A stretch of DNA of 24,000 nucleotides from Streptomyces sp. 846.5 (lineage in GTDB: Bacteria; Actinomycetota; Actinomycetes; Streptomycetales; Streptomycetaceae): NCBI GenBank assembly GCA_004365705.1, contig SOBN01000001.1:1542555-1566554 (forward strand), read 5' to 3'. The stretch's first letter is position 1. Every line of letters begins with the position of its first letter. The translations under genes were made by a program, and so were the position numbers. A model generated the notes under the pieces. It had not been told where the DNA came from, did not search any database, and saw only the letters and a program-made list of their open reading frames with translations. Positions 14,165 through 21,757 of the stretch are shown in pieces.

Positions 14165-14485
14165 CTACAGCTTCATCGCCACGATGTAGTCCACCGCCGC
14201 GTCCAACGCGGTCGCCAACAGCGTGCAGCCCTGGTTCAGCTCGGACATATGACTCTGCGACAGATGCGCCCACTTGGACACCAGCAGTTCGTACGAGTTG
14301 GCCTGGTATGCCTCCCCCATCGCCTTGAGCGTGGCGGTCGCACCTTGGTGGGTGTCGTCGATCGCCGCCGCGAAGTCACGCACATGGGTGGCGAACTCCC
14401 GTACCGAGTCCTCGTTCACCTGCGGCCACTTGACCCCGATGACCTGAAGGAACGTCACCACCGGTCCCGGCAGCTCTATCGCCAT
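14165..14485 (-). CDS. WXG100-like N-terminal (T7SS-type trafficking) domain of a polymorphic toxin, ended by an in-frame TAG
   Basis: MAIELPGPVVTFLQVIGVKWPQVNEDSVREFATHVRDFAAAIDD...AMGEAYQANSYELLVSKW has the W-P-x-x-x-E-D ... x-G-E-x-Y helix-turn-helix pattern seen at N-termini of actinobacterial CpnT-like/WXG100-like toxins. A G-rich RBS (GGGGTGGGG) precedes ATG 14485. Confidence 0.65.
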   Translation of the reverse strand: MAIELPGPVVTFLQVIGVKWPQVNEDSVREFATHVRDFAAAIDDTHQGATATLKAMGEAYQANSYELLVSKWAHLSQSHMSELNQGCTLLATALDAAVDYIVAMKL

Positions 14486-14546
14486 GCCCCACCCCTGCCG
14501 AACACATGTACTGACAAGAATAGTCGTACTGCGCTCGCGCCACGTA

Positions 14547-14578
14547 TGTCAGGGCAGCGACGATCTGTCAGGGCAGCG
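14547..14578. repeat. 13-nt direct repeat TGTCAGGGCAGCG x2 (6-nt spacer) at the GH65 stop codon / island boundary
   Basis: Read directly: tgtcagggcagcg at 14547-14559 and again at 14566-14578, separated by acgatc. The second copy contains the GH65 stop (tca, 14568-14570). Confidence 0.95.
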
Positions 14579-16928
14579 GCCCCAGGCGGCGCTTCAAGGG
14601 CTCGCGGCCCTTGGGCGGGGACGTGTCCGGGAGGTGGGGCAGGGGGTGCAGGTCGCAGGTGACCGGCTTGTCAGTGGTGATGGTGATGGGTTCGCCGCAG
14701 TGGTAGAGGTCCAGTGGGGGGCCGGAGGCCAGGGTGTAGTCGGCGCCGGACGGGGTGATCTCCACCTGGAGCCTGCGGCCGCGGAACTGGAGCCGGAACG
14801 CCAGCCGGGTGAGCCGTTGCGGGAGGCTGGGCGCGAAGGCCAGGTGGTTGCCGCGCAGGCGCATTCCGCCGAGGCCGGCGACCAGCGCCGTCCAGGTGCC
14901 GGCCAGGGAGGCGATGTGCAGGCCGTCGCTGGTGTTGTTCTCCAGGTCGTTCAGGTCCATCAGGGCGGCCTCGCCCAGGTAGTCGTAGGCCAGCTCCAAG
15001 TGGCCGACCTCGGCGGCCATCACCGCCTGGCAGTAGGCGGAGAGCGACGAGTCACGGACCGTCAGCTGCTCGTAGTAGGCGAAGTTGCGTGCCTTCTGGC
15101 CCGGGTCGAAGGCCTCGCCGCGCAGGTACATCGCCAGCACCAGGTCCGCCTGCTTGATCACCTGCTTGCGGTACAGGTCGAAGTAGGGGAAGTGCAGCAG
15201 CAGCGGGTACTGCTCCGGGTCGGTGTGCTCGAAGTCCCAGGCCTGGTGCCCGGTGAAGTCGGCCGACTGCTCGTGCACGTCGAGGTCGTGGTTGTACGGG
15301 AGGGCGATGGCCGCCGCCGCGTCGCGCCAGACCGCGGTCTCCTCGTCGTCCACGCCGAGGGCGTGCGCCTGCTCCGGGTGGCGCTCGGCCGCGTCCGCCG
15401 CCGCGCGGAGGTTCGCCTGCGCCATCAGGTTGGTGTAGACGTTGTCGTCGGCGACGGCGCTGTACTCGTCCGGGCCGGTGACCCCGTCGATGTGGAAGGC
15501 GCCGGCGCTGTCGTGGTGGCCCAGCGAGCGCCACAACCGTGCGGTCTCCACCAGCAGCTCCATGCCGACCTCGCGCTCGAAGTCGGGGTCGCCACTGATC
15601 GCGGTGTAGCGGACCACCGCGTCGGCGATGTCGGCGTTGATGTGGAACGCGGCCGTCCCGGCCGGCCAGTAACCGGACCCCTCCTCGCCGTTGATGGTGC
15701 GCCAGGGGAAGGCCGCCCCGGAGAGCCCCAGCAGCCGGGCCCGTTCGCGGGCGGCGCCCAGGGTGGAGTGCCGCCAGCGCAGCGCGTGCGACACCGCGTC
15801 GGGATGGGTGGCCGCGAGCACCGGCAGCACCACCGTCTCGGTGTCCCAGAAGCTGTGCCCGTCGTAGCCCGATCCGGTCAGGCCCTTGGCGCCGAGGGCG
15901 CGCTGCTCGGCCCTGGCCCCGGCCTGGAGCACATGGAACAGCGCGAAACGCACCGCCTGCTGGATCTCCGCGTCGCCCTCGACCTCGACGTCCGCGCGGT
16001 CCCAGAAGTCGTCCAGGTAGTCGCGCTGCTGCCGCAGCAGCTCCTGCCAGCCGGTGCTGCGGGCGCCGGCCATCGCCGCCTCGGCCTGGTCCCGCAGGGC
16101 CGGCAGCGAGCGCTCGGCCGACCAGCCGTAGGCGACGAACTTCTCCAGCCGCAGCCGCTGTCCGGGCTGCACCACCGAGGTGACGAGCAGTCGGCTGACG
16201 TTCTCGCTGGACTCGGCGAAGGTGGTGGTGCCCTCCGGGCCGTCCACCCGGTGGTCCGCAGTGACGGCGATCTTCAGCCCGCTGCGCAGGGTGGAGTGGG
16301 CCAGCGCGAGCCGCGTCCCGGTCGCGTACCCGGCCTCCGGCTGCAGGGTGCGGTCCAGCGCGGCGGCGATCCGGGGGTCGCCCGAGCGGAGCGGCATCTC
16401 CTCGGACGCGACCAGCTCGGACTGCACCACGATCCGCGCCATGCCGTCGATCGGCTCGACCTCGTAGGCGATGGCGGCGACGGCCCGCTGGCTGAAGGAG
16501 ACCAGCCGGGTGGAGCTGACCCTGACGGTGCGTCCGGCCGGCGAGGTCCATTCGCAGCTGCGGCGCAGTACTCCCGCGCGCAGGTCGAGCACCCGCTCGT
16601 GGTTGTGCAGCACGCCGTACCGGAGGTCGAAGGGCTCGTCGTCGACCAGCAGCCTGATGATCTTGCCGTTGGTGACGTTGACGACGGTCTGCCCCGACTC
16701 CGGGTTGCCGTAGCCGGCCTCGGCGTAGGGCATGGGGTGCAGCTCGTGGAAGCCGTTGAGGTAGCTCCCCGGCAGTCCGTTGGGCTCACCCTCGTCCAGG
16801 TTGCCGCGCCAGCCGATGTGGCCGTTGGAGAGCGCGAACAGCGATTCGCTCTGGGCCAGCATGTCCAGGTCGAGCTCGGTCTCGCGCAGCGTCCAGGGGT
16901 CGACGGTGTATGCGGGGTGGGGAATCAT
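14568..16928 (-). CDS. Glycoside hydrolase family 65 protein (kojibiose/trehalose/maltose-type disaccharide phosphorylase)
   Basis: 786 aa. The N-terminus ...DPWTLRETELDLDMLAQSESLFALSNGHIGWRGNLDEGEP... and ...GYDGHSFWDTE... are typical GH65. The start overlaps the stop of the beta-PGM gene (ATGA at 16925-16928). Confidence 0.9.
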   Translation of the reverse strand: MIPHPAYTVDPWTLRETELDLDMLAQSESLFALSNGHIGWRGNLDEGEPNGLPGSYLNGFHELHPMPYAEAGYGNPESGQTVVNVTNGKIIRLLVDDEPFDLRYGVLHNHERVLDLRAGVLRRSCEWTSPAGRTVRVSSTRLVSFSQRAVAAIAYEVEPIDGMARIVVQSELVASEEMPLRSGDPRIAAALDRTLQPEAGYATGTRLALAHSTLRSGLKIAVTADHRVDGPEGTTTFAESSENVSRLLVTSVVQPGQRLRLEKFVAYGWSAERSLPALRDQAEAAMAGARSTGWQELLRQQRDYLDDFWDRADVEVEGDAEIQQAVRFALFHVLQAGARAEQRALGAKGLTGSGYDGHSFWDTETVVLPVLAATHPDAVSHALRWRHSTLGAARERARLLGLSGAAFPWRTINGEEGSGYWPAGTAAFHINADIADAVVRYTAISGDPDFEREVGMELLVETARLWRSLGHHDSAGAFHIDGVTGPDEYSAVADDNVYTNLMAQANLRAAADAAERHPEQAHALGVDDEETAVWRDAAAAIALPYNHDLDVHEQSADFTGHQAWDFEHTDPEQYPLLLHFPYFDLYRKQVIKQADLVLAMYLRGEAFDPGQKARNFAYYEQLTVRDSSLSAYCQAVMAAEVGHLELAYDYLGEAALMDLNDLENNTSDGLHIASLAGTWTALVAGLGGMRLRGNHLAFAPSLPQRLTRLAFRLQFRGRRLQVEITPSGADYTLASGPPLDLYHCGEPITITTDKPVTCDLHPLPHLPDTSPPKGREPLKRRLGPLP

Positions 16929-17692
16929 TCGCGGCTCTCCAGCAGTTCGGCGAGGTCCTGCACAACGGTGTCCGCGCCGTGGGCGCGCAGTTCGTCGGCC
17001 TGGCCGACGCGGTCCACGCCGACCACGTAGCCGAACCGGCCCGAGCGGCCGGCCTCCATGCCGACCAGGGCGTCCTCGAAGACGGCGGCGTGGGCGGGCC
17101 CGACGCCCAGCTCCCGGGCGGCCTCCAGGTAGGTGTCCGGGTGCGGTTTGCCCGGCAGCCCGAGCCGCTCAGCGACGCCGGCGTCCACCCGTACGTCCAG
17201 CAGGTCCTCGATCCCGGCCGAGACCAGCACGTCGTGGCAGTTGGCGCTGGACGAGACCACGGCCGTGGCCAGCCCGGCCGCACGGACCGCCTTGAGGTAG
17301 CGCACGGTCCCCTCGTACGCCTCGACGCCCTGGGTCTTGATCCGTTCCTGGACCAGGATGTTCTTGCGGTTGCCCAGGCCCTGCACGGTGTCGCGCTCCG
17401 GCGGGTCGTCCGCGGCGCCCTCGGGCAGTTCGATGCCGCGCGAGGCCAGGAAGCTGCGGACGCCGTCGGCGCGGGGGCGCCCGTCCACGTACTCGTCGTA
17501 GTCCTCGGTCGCGTCGAAGGGCCTGAAGCCGTCGCCGTCGCGGGCGCGCAGGAAGCCGTCGAACATCTGCTTCCAGGCCGCCGCATGGACGACAGCGGTG
17601 CGGGTCAGCACCCCGTCCATGTCGAACAGGCAGACCGAGATGGACTCGGGCAGGCCGAGACCGAGGCCGTTGCGGGTGCTCGGGGTGCTCAT
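16925..17692 (-). CDS. Beta-phosphoglucomutase family HAD hydrolase
   Basis: HAD motif I CLFDMDGVLT, ...SSSANC..., GKPHPDTYL, FEDALVGMEAG. The gene is translationally coupled to GH65. ATG 17692 (MSTPSTRNG...) is preferred over the longer track ORF; ATG 17725 is possible. Confidence 0.85.
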   Translation of the reverse strand: MSTPSTRNGLGLGLPESISVCLFDMDGVLTRTAVVHAAAWKQMFDGFLRARDGDGFRPFDATEDYDEYVDGRPRADGVRSFLASRGIELPEGAADDPPERDTVQGLGNRKNILVQERIKTQGVEAYEGTVRYLKAVRAAGLATAVVSSSANCHDVLVSAGIEDLLDVRVDAGVAERLGLPGKPHPDTYLEAARELGVGPAHAAVFEDALVGMEAGRSGRFGYVVGVDRVGQADELRAHGADTVVQDLAELLESRE

Positions 17693-17766
17693 GCGGCGCG
17701 CATTCCCCGTTGCGGCGATCTTCATGCCTGTGTCCGCCGGGCGGCGCCCGTTCGGCAGAGGCTTTG

Positions 17767-18879
17767 TCAGTCCGCGGGCCCTGCCGCCAGCGTCACCGAC
17801 TTGCTGTGGTTGCCGCCGGCCTGGTCGGTCCACTGGACGGTGACCCGGTCCCCGGGGCGGTGGCCGGTCACCAGGGTGGTGAGGACGCCGGGGCCGGAGA
17901 CGGACCGGCCGTCGAACGAGGTGATCAGGTCTCCGGCGACCAGGCCCGCCCCGGCCGCCGGGGATCCGTCGACCACTCCGGCGACCAGGGCCCCGGGGGA
18001 GCCGTCCGTGAAGGTCTCGACCTGGAGCCCCAGCATGGCGGTGGGCCCGATGTGGATGCCGTCGGTCGTCCGGCCGCCCTCGATGGCGTCGGCCACGGAG
18101 CGGGCGGTGGCGATCGGCGTGGCGAAGCCGACCGTGCCGGGGCTGCTGCCGTCCGTGCCGCCCCGGAAGCTGAAACCCTGGGACGCGGCCGTGTCCACAC
18201 CGACCACCGAGCCGGACGCGTCCAGCAGCGGACCGCCGGAATCCCCCGGCTGCACCGCGGCGTCGACCTGGATCATGCCGGTCAGCTGCTCGGACTCGCC
18301 GGTGGCGTCGTCACCGGCGGTGATCGACCGCTGGAGTGCCGTCACCCGGCCCGGGGACGCCTGCGGGACGTTGCCTCGACCGCCGGCATTGCCCACCGCT
18401 GTGACCTGGTCCCCGACCCCCAGTCCGGACGAGTCCCCGAGCCGCACCGTCGCCAGCCCCGAGGCCCCCTTCAGCTGCAGGACGGCCAGGTCGTGCCCGC
18501 GGTCGTAACCGACCACGGTCGCGGTGTAGCTGCGCCCGTTGCCGATGTCCACGGCGGAGATCTCGGTGGCGCCGTTGATGACGTGGTTGTTGGTGAGCAC
18601 CTCGCCCGAGGGGGTCAGCACCATGCCGGTGGCGGCGGCCCGGATGTCCTGGTAGCCGAGGACGACATTGATGTCGACCAGGCCCTTGTCGACCGTGGTC
18701 ACCGGGATGGTCGAACCGGCGGAGGGCGATGCGCCCTTCGACCCGGTCGCGGACGCACCGCCGCTGCCGCGCCCGTCCCGGGTGCTCGCCCAGACCGCCG
18801 CCACCAGGACGACCACCAGCACCAGCAGTACGAAGGGCCTGCGCCTGGGCGCGCGGCGCCCCATGTCCGTCCCACTCAT
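17767..18879 (-). CDS. Trypsin-like serine protease with C-terminal PDZ domain (HtrA/S1C family), membrane anchored
   Basis: N-terminal TM anchor (RRRPFVLLVLVVVLVAAVWA). Catalytic His in TNNHVI, Asp in HDLAVLQL, Ser in GDSGGPL. The C-terminal region (GLVAGDLITSFDG...) resembles a PDZ domain. Confidence 0.85.
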   Translation of the reverse strand: MSGTDMGRRAPRRRPFVLLVLVVVLVAAVWASTRDGRGSGGASATGSKGASPSAGSTIPVTTVDKGLVDINVVLGYQDIRAAATGMVLTPSGEVLTNNHVINGATEISAVDIGNGRSYTATVVGYDRGHDLAVLQLKGASGLATVRLGDSSGLGVGDQVTAVGNAGGRGNVPQASPGRVTALQRSITAGDDATGESEQLTGMIQVDAAVQPGDSGGPLLDASGSVVGVDTAASQGFSFRGGTDGSSPGTVGFATPIATARSVADAIEGGRTTDGIHIGPTAMLGLQVETFTDGSPGALVAGVVDGSPAAGAGLVAGDLITSFDGRSVSGPGVLTTLVTGHRPGDRVTVQWTDQAGGNHSKSVTLAAGPAD

Positions 18880-18956
18880 GCCTGTCTTGTGCCCCGTGCG
18901 GGCTGATCGTGCGCGGAATCCTCCGACCGAATCTCTTTCTCAGACGGTGCGCCTTC

Positions 18957-19988
18957 TCAGGCGGCGCGCTCCCGGGCCGCCCGCACGTCGCGCTGCCACA
19001 GGATGCCCGCGCACGCGGCGATCCAGAGCACCAGCACCACGATCCCCCTGATCAAGCCGTCGTTGTGGAAGTAGGCCACGCCCTGGATCGCACGGACCCC
19101 GACGCCCACCGGCAGCACCGAGGAGAGCGGGTGCAGCCAGGCCGGCAGGAAGTCCGGGGGCAGTATGCCGCCGCTGGTGGCATTGCCCAGGATCAGCAGC
19201 AGCACCGAGGAGACGCTCACCCCCGCCGGGCCCAGCAGCCGCACCAGCGCCATGGTCGCCCCGCCGACGGCGGCCGCCATCAGCGCGGTGAGCCCGGCGA
19301 TGGCGAGGAAGGGGCCGGGCAGCGCGCCGAAGACGGTGCCCGCGATAGCGGCGACGGCCAGGCCGCCGGTCGCGCTGAAGAACGCCAGGCCGCCCATCCG
19401 CCAGCGGAACTCCAGCCTGGGGGCCATCTGGTAGGTCATGGTGCCGAACAGGAAGCCGGCCAGCACCAGGCCGAAGGCGGAGTAGAAGACGGACAGGCCG
19501 CGGGTGTCGCCGCTGGAGGCCGGCCGGACGTCCTGGGCGGCCGAGACCTTTCCGTGCAGGAAGGTGCCCTCCAGCAGTGCGGTGACGGAGGGTCCGTTGG
19601 CGCTGCTGTAGAGCAGCACCGGGCTTCCGGTCGGGCTCGACGCGTCGTAGGCCGCGTAGACCTCGCGGTGCTGCACGGCGCTGCGGGCGGAGGCCAGGTC
19701 GGGGTAGCTGCGCAGTTCGAAGCCGGGGTACTGCTCGGCGGTGGCGCCTACAACGGCCACGGGCAGCTGGTGCGGCTTGGGCGCGTGGAAGGCGGCGAGG
19801 TAGACGCTGACGAAGATGGACCCGATCGCCAGCACGATGAGAGCGGGCAGCAGCGCGCCCCTGGCCCCGGTCGCGCCGACCCGGGGCGAGGGCGCGTCCA
19901 CGACATGGTCGTGCGGGTGGGGCTGGGGGCGGGCCTGCCGCGCCGCGGCTTCGGCATCATGGTCGGACACGACGGGGGACACGGACAC
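18957..19988 (-). CDS. ABC-2 / YhgE-Pip-like integral membrane protein (function unknown)
   Basis: One N-terminal TM (LLPALIVLAIGSIFVSVYLAAF), an extracytoplasmic segment of about 120 aa, then about 5 C-terminal TM helices. It is divergent to MarR. GTG 19988 is preceded by GAGAGG 6 nt upstream; the track start at 20024 is a TTG inside the AT-rich promoter region. Confidence 0.6.
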   Translation of the reverse strand: MSVSPVVSDHDAEAAARQARPQPHPHDHVVDAPSPRVGATGARGALLPALIVLAIGSIFVSVYLAAFHAPKPHQLPVAVVGATAEQYPGFELRSYPDLASARSAVQHREVYAAYDASSPTGSPVLLYSSANGPSVTALLEGTFLHGKVSAAQDVRPASSGDTRGLSVFYSAFGLVLAGFLFGTMTYQMAPRLEFRWRMGGLAFFSATGGLAVAAIAGTVFGALPGPFLAIAGLTALMAAAVGGATMALVRLLGPAGVSVSSVLLLILGNATSGGILPPDFLPAWLHPLSSVLPVGVGVRAIQGVAYFHNDGLIRGIVVLVLWIAACAGILWQRDVRAARERAA

Positions 19989-20017
19989 GTGCGGCCTCTC
20001 GTTTACCAGCTGAATAT

Positions 20018-20058
20018 AAGGCAACTGTTAATCATGCTAGACAACCATCAGTTTCCTT
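20018..20058. promoter_or_regulatory. Candidate MarR operator in the divergent promoter region
   Basis: AAGGCAACTG (20018-20027) and CAGTTTCCTT (20049-20058) are inverted repeats matching at 9 of 10 positions, separated by 21 nt. They lie in the only AT-rich stretch between the divergent membrane-protein and MarR genes. Confidence 0.3.
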
Positions 20059-20086
20059 ACAAAATTCCGGAGCCAGGAGTCCCCAG

Positions 20087-20548
20087 GTGATCGACGACCC
20101 GTCCACCCGAACCGGCTATCTGGCCTGGCAGTTCGCCCAGGCCGCGGTGCTGCGCCTGGAGCGGGGGCTGCGCCCGCTGGACCTGAGCCTGGCCCAGCAC
20201 AACGCCCTGGTGCAGGTGGGCCTCTCGCCCGGGATCTCCAGCGCCTCCGTCGCCCGGCGGGCCGGGATGACCGCCCAGTCCATGGGCACCGCCGTCAACG
20301 GCCTGATCGACCGTGGGCTGCTGGAACGCCGACCGCACCCCACCAACCGCAGGGTGATGCAGCTCCACCCCACCGAGGCGGGGCTGGCCCTGGTCGAGCT
20401 CTCCCAGGCGGCCCTCAACGAGGCCCACGCGGGCCTGTTCGAGTCCCTGTCGGCCGAGGACGAGGCCGTCCTCGGCGGACTGCTGCGACGGCTGGTCCAG
20501 CACACCAATCCGGAGGCCCTGGACCTGAGCCGCCCGCGTCCGGAGTGA
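20087..20548 (+). CDS. MarR family transcriptional regulator
   Basis: Winged-HTH pattern LSLAQHNALVQVGLSPGISSASVARRAGMTAQSMGTAVNGLIDRGLLERRPHPTNRRVMQLHPTEAG. GTG 20087 is preceded by AGGAG 8 nt upstream. Confidence 0.85.
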   Translation: MIDDPSTRTGYLAWQFAQAAVLRLERGLRPLDLSLAQHNALVQVGLSPGISSASVARRAGMTAQSMGTAVNGLIDRGLLERRPHPTNRRVMQLHPTEAGLALVELSQAALNEAHAGLFESLSAEDEAVLGGLLRRLVQHTNPEALDLSRPRPE

Positions 20549-20690
20549 ACAGGCCGCCGGGCGTCAGGATTGCGTATGGATCCGCGGCGGGCCCGTCAGA
20601 ACGCCGTCAACGCCGGCAGCCGCGACCCCGTACCGGCCTGTAATGGGGGTGCACACATGCATCCCTTGACCAGGCGAGCGGGAGACCACC

Positions 20691-21173
20691 ATGTCGTACA
20701 CACTCCTCCGCCCCGCGGCCCGCGGTTCCGCCCTCCCCGCGACCACCGCGGCCGGCCGGCGGGCCGGTCTGCGGGCCCCGCTGCTGACCGTGCTCTCCTT
20801 CGCGGTCGCGGCGCCGCTGTCGATCCTGCTCACCACCGCCGGTGGGCGGCCGCACCCGGTGTTTGAGCTGGTTGTGCTGTGCGTCGCGGCCTTCGCCGTG
20901 GGCTGCGCCGCCGACCTGGCCGGGAGCGTGGTGATCGGCCTGGTCTTCTGGCTGTTCTTCGACGGTTTTGACGCCGACCGGTGGGGAGTCCTCGGCTGGG
21001 ACGCGCACAGCTCGGCGATCCGGCTGGCCGTACTGGTAGCAGCCGGCGTGGTCGGGGCGGTGGTCGGCATGGCGGTACGGACGGTGCACCGCGACGAGAG
21101 CGGTGATCTCGACGACAGTGTCATGATCGACCGGATCGAGGAAATCCGCGGAACCCCAACACCTACAGCCTGA
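20691..21173 (+). CDS. Hypothetical integral membrane protein (about 4 TM)
   Basis: High GC3 throughout. Hydrophobic segments LLTVLSFAVAAPLSILL, FELVVLCVAAFAVGCAADLAG, VVIGLVFWLFF and LAVLVAAGVVGAVVGMAV. RBS GGGAGA precedes the ATG. I recognise no family. Confidence 0.6.
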   Translation: MSYTLLRPAARGSALPATTAAGRRAGLRAPLLTVLSFAVAAPLSILLTTAGGRPHPVFELVVLCVAAFAVGCAADLAGSVVIGLVFWLFFDGFDADRWGVLGWDAHSSAIRLAVLVAAGVVGAVVGMAVRTVHRDESGDLDDSVMIDRIEEIRGTPTPTA

Positions 21174-21693
21174 GCGCCGCGAGTAGGATCGCGCTCACGC
21201 TGCCGGCCTCGGTGACCGCGCCCTCCCGTACCGCCGCCACGGCCTCGTCCAGAGTCCGCCACTGCAGCGTCATCCCGGCCTCGCTCGCCTCCCGCGCCAG
21301 TGTGCCCGGGGTGAGTTCGCCGGCGAGGAACAGATGCGCTCGGGCCGGGGTGGCGGTGGGCAGTTGCTCGATGACGCCGAGCGGCTCCAGCCGCCCCGCG
21401 CGCCAGCCGGTCTCCTCCTCCAGCTCGCGGCGGGCGGCCGCCTCCGGCTCCTCGGCGCGCTCCACTCCCCCGCCGGGAACCAGTAGCAGCCGGCGCCGCT
21501 GCAGGTAGAACTCGTCCTCCACCAGGGCGATCCGCCCCTCCGCGTCGACGGCCACCACCCGGACGGCGTCGGCCACGTCGACCCACTCCCAGGTCCCGGT
21601 GACCCCCTCGGCGAGGAGCACCTCGTCCTGGAAGGCACGGACGAAGCGCCCCTCGGTGAGCTGGCGTCGGCTGACTGTGGGCCAGGGACTCAT
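21163..21693 (-). CDS. NUDIX hydrolase
   Basis: Nudix box GGGVERAEEPEAAARRELEEETG. ATG 21693 (MSPWPTVSRRQL...) is preceded by GGAAGG 9 nt upstream. Longer starts at 21741 and 21753 are possible. Confidence 0.8.
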   Translation of the reverse strand: MSPWPTVSRRQLTEGRFVRAFQDEVLLAEGVTGTWEWVDVADAVRVVAVDAEGRIALVEDEFYLQRRRLLLVPGGGVERAEEPEAAARRELEEETGWRAGRLEPLGVIEQLPTATPARAHLFLAGELTPGTLAREASEAGMTLQWRTLDEAVAAVREGAVTEAGSVSAILLAALRL

Positions 21694-21757
21694 CTGCGGC
21701 GGCCTTCCGTCGGACGGGATCGGTCCCGCCAACTCTCCCATCCGCCACGGCATTCCG

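Noticed and set aside
14165-14167. The in-frame TAG as a programmed recoding site (pyrrolysine or another dedicated readthrough system).
   Set aside because: Nothing in the window suggests pyl genes or a recoding element. I see no obvious downstream structure, and pyrrolysine use is not known to me in streptomycetes. A nonsense mutation or sequence error is the simpler explanation. Passive low-level readthrough remains possible and is covered in the finding.
13608-14273. The 221-aa minus-strand ORF overlapping the toxin middle segment.
   Set aside because: Only its 22 codons MSEIAEVFSGAAKKIGKAVVKD (13766-13701) show coding-like composition, and these are treated in the frame-switch finding. 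The rest is Gly/Arg/Pro shadow of the toxin frame.
17767-18879. The trypsin-like protease considered as a component of a Streptomyces umbrella-toxin (UmbA-like) or other toxin system.
   Set aside because: It has the standard HtrA layout (membrane anchor, S1C catalytic triad, PDZ). It lies 3 kb from the toxin island, with sugar-metabolism genes in between. No UmbB/UmbC-like partners are present.
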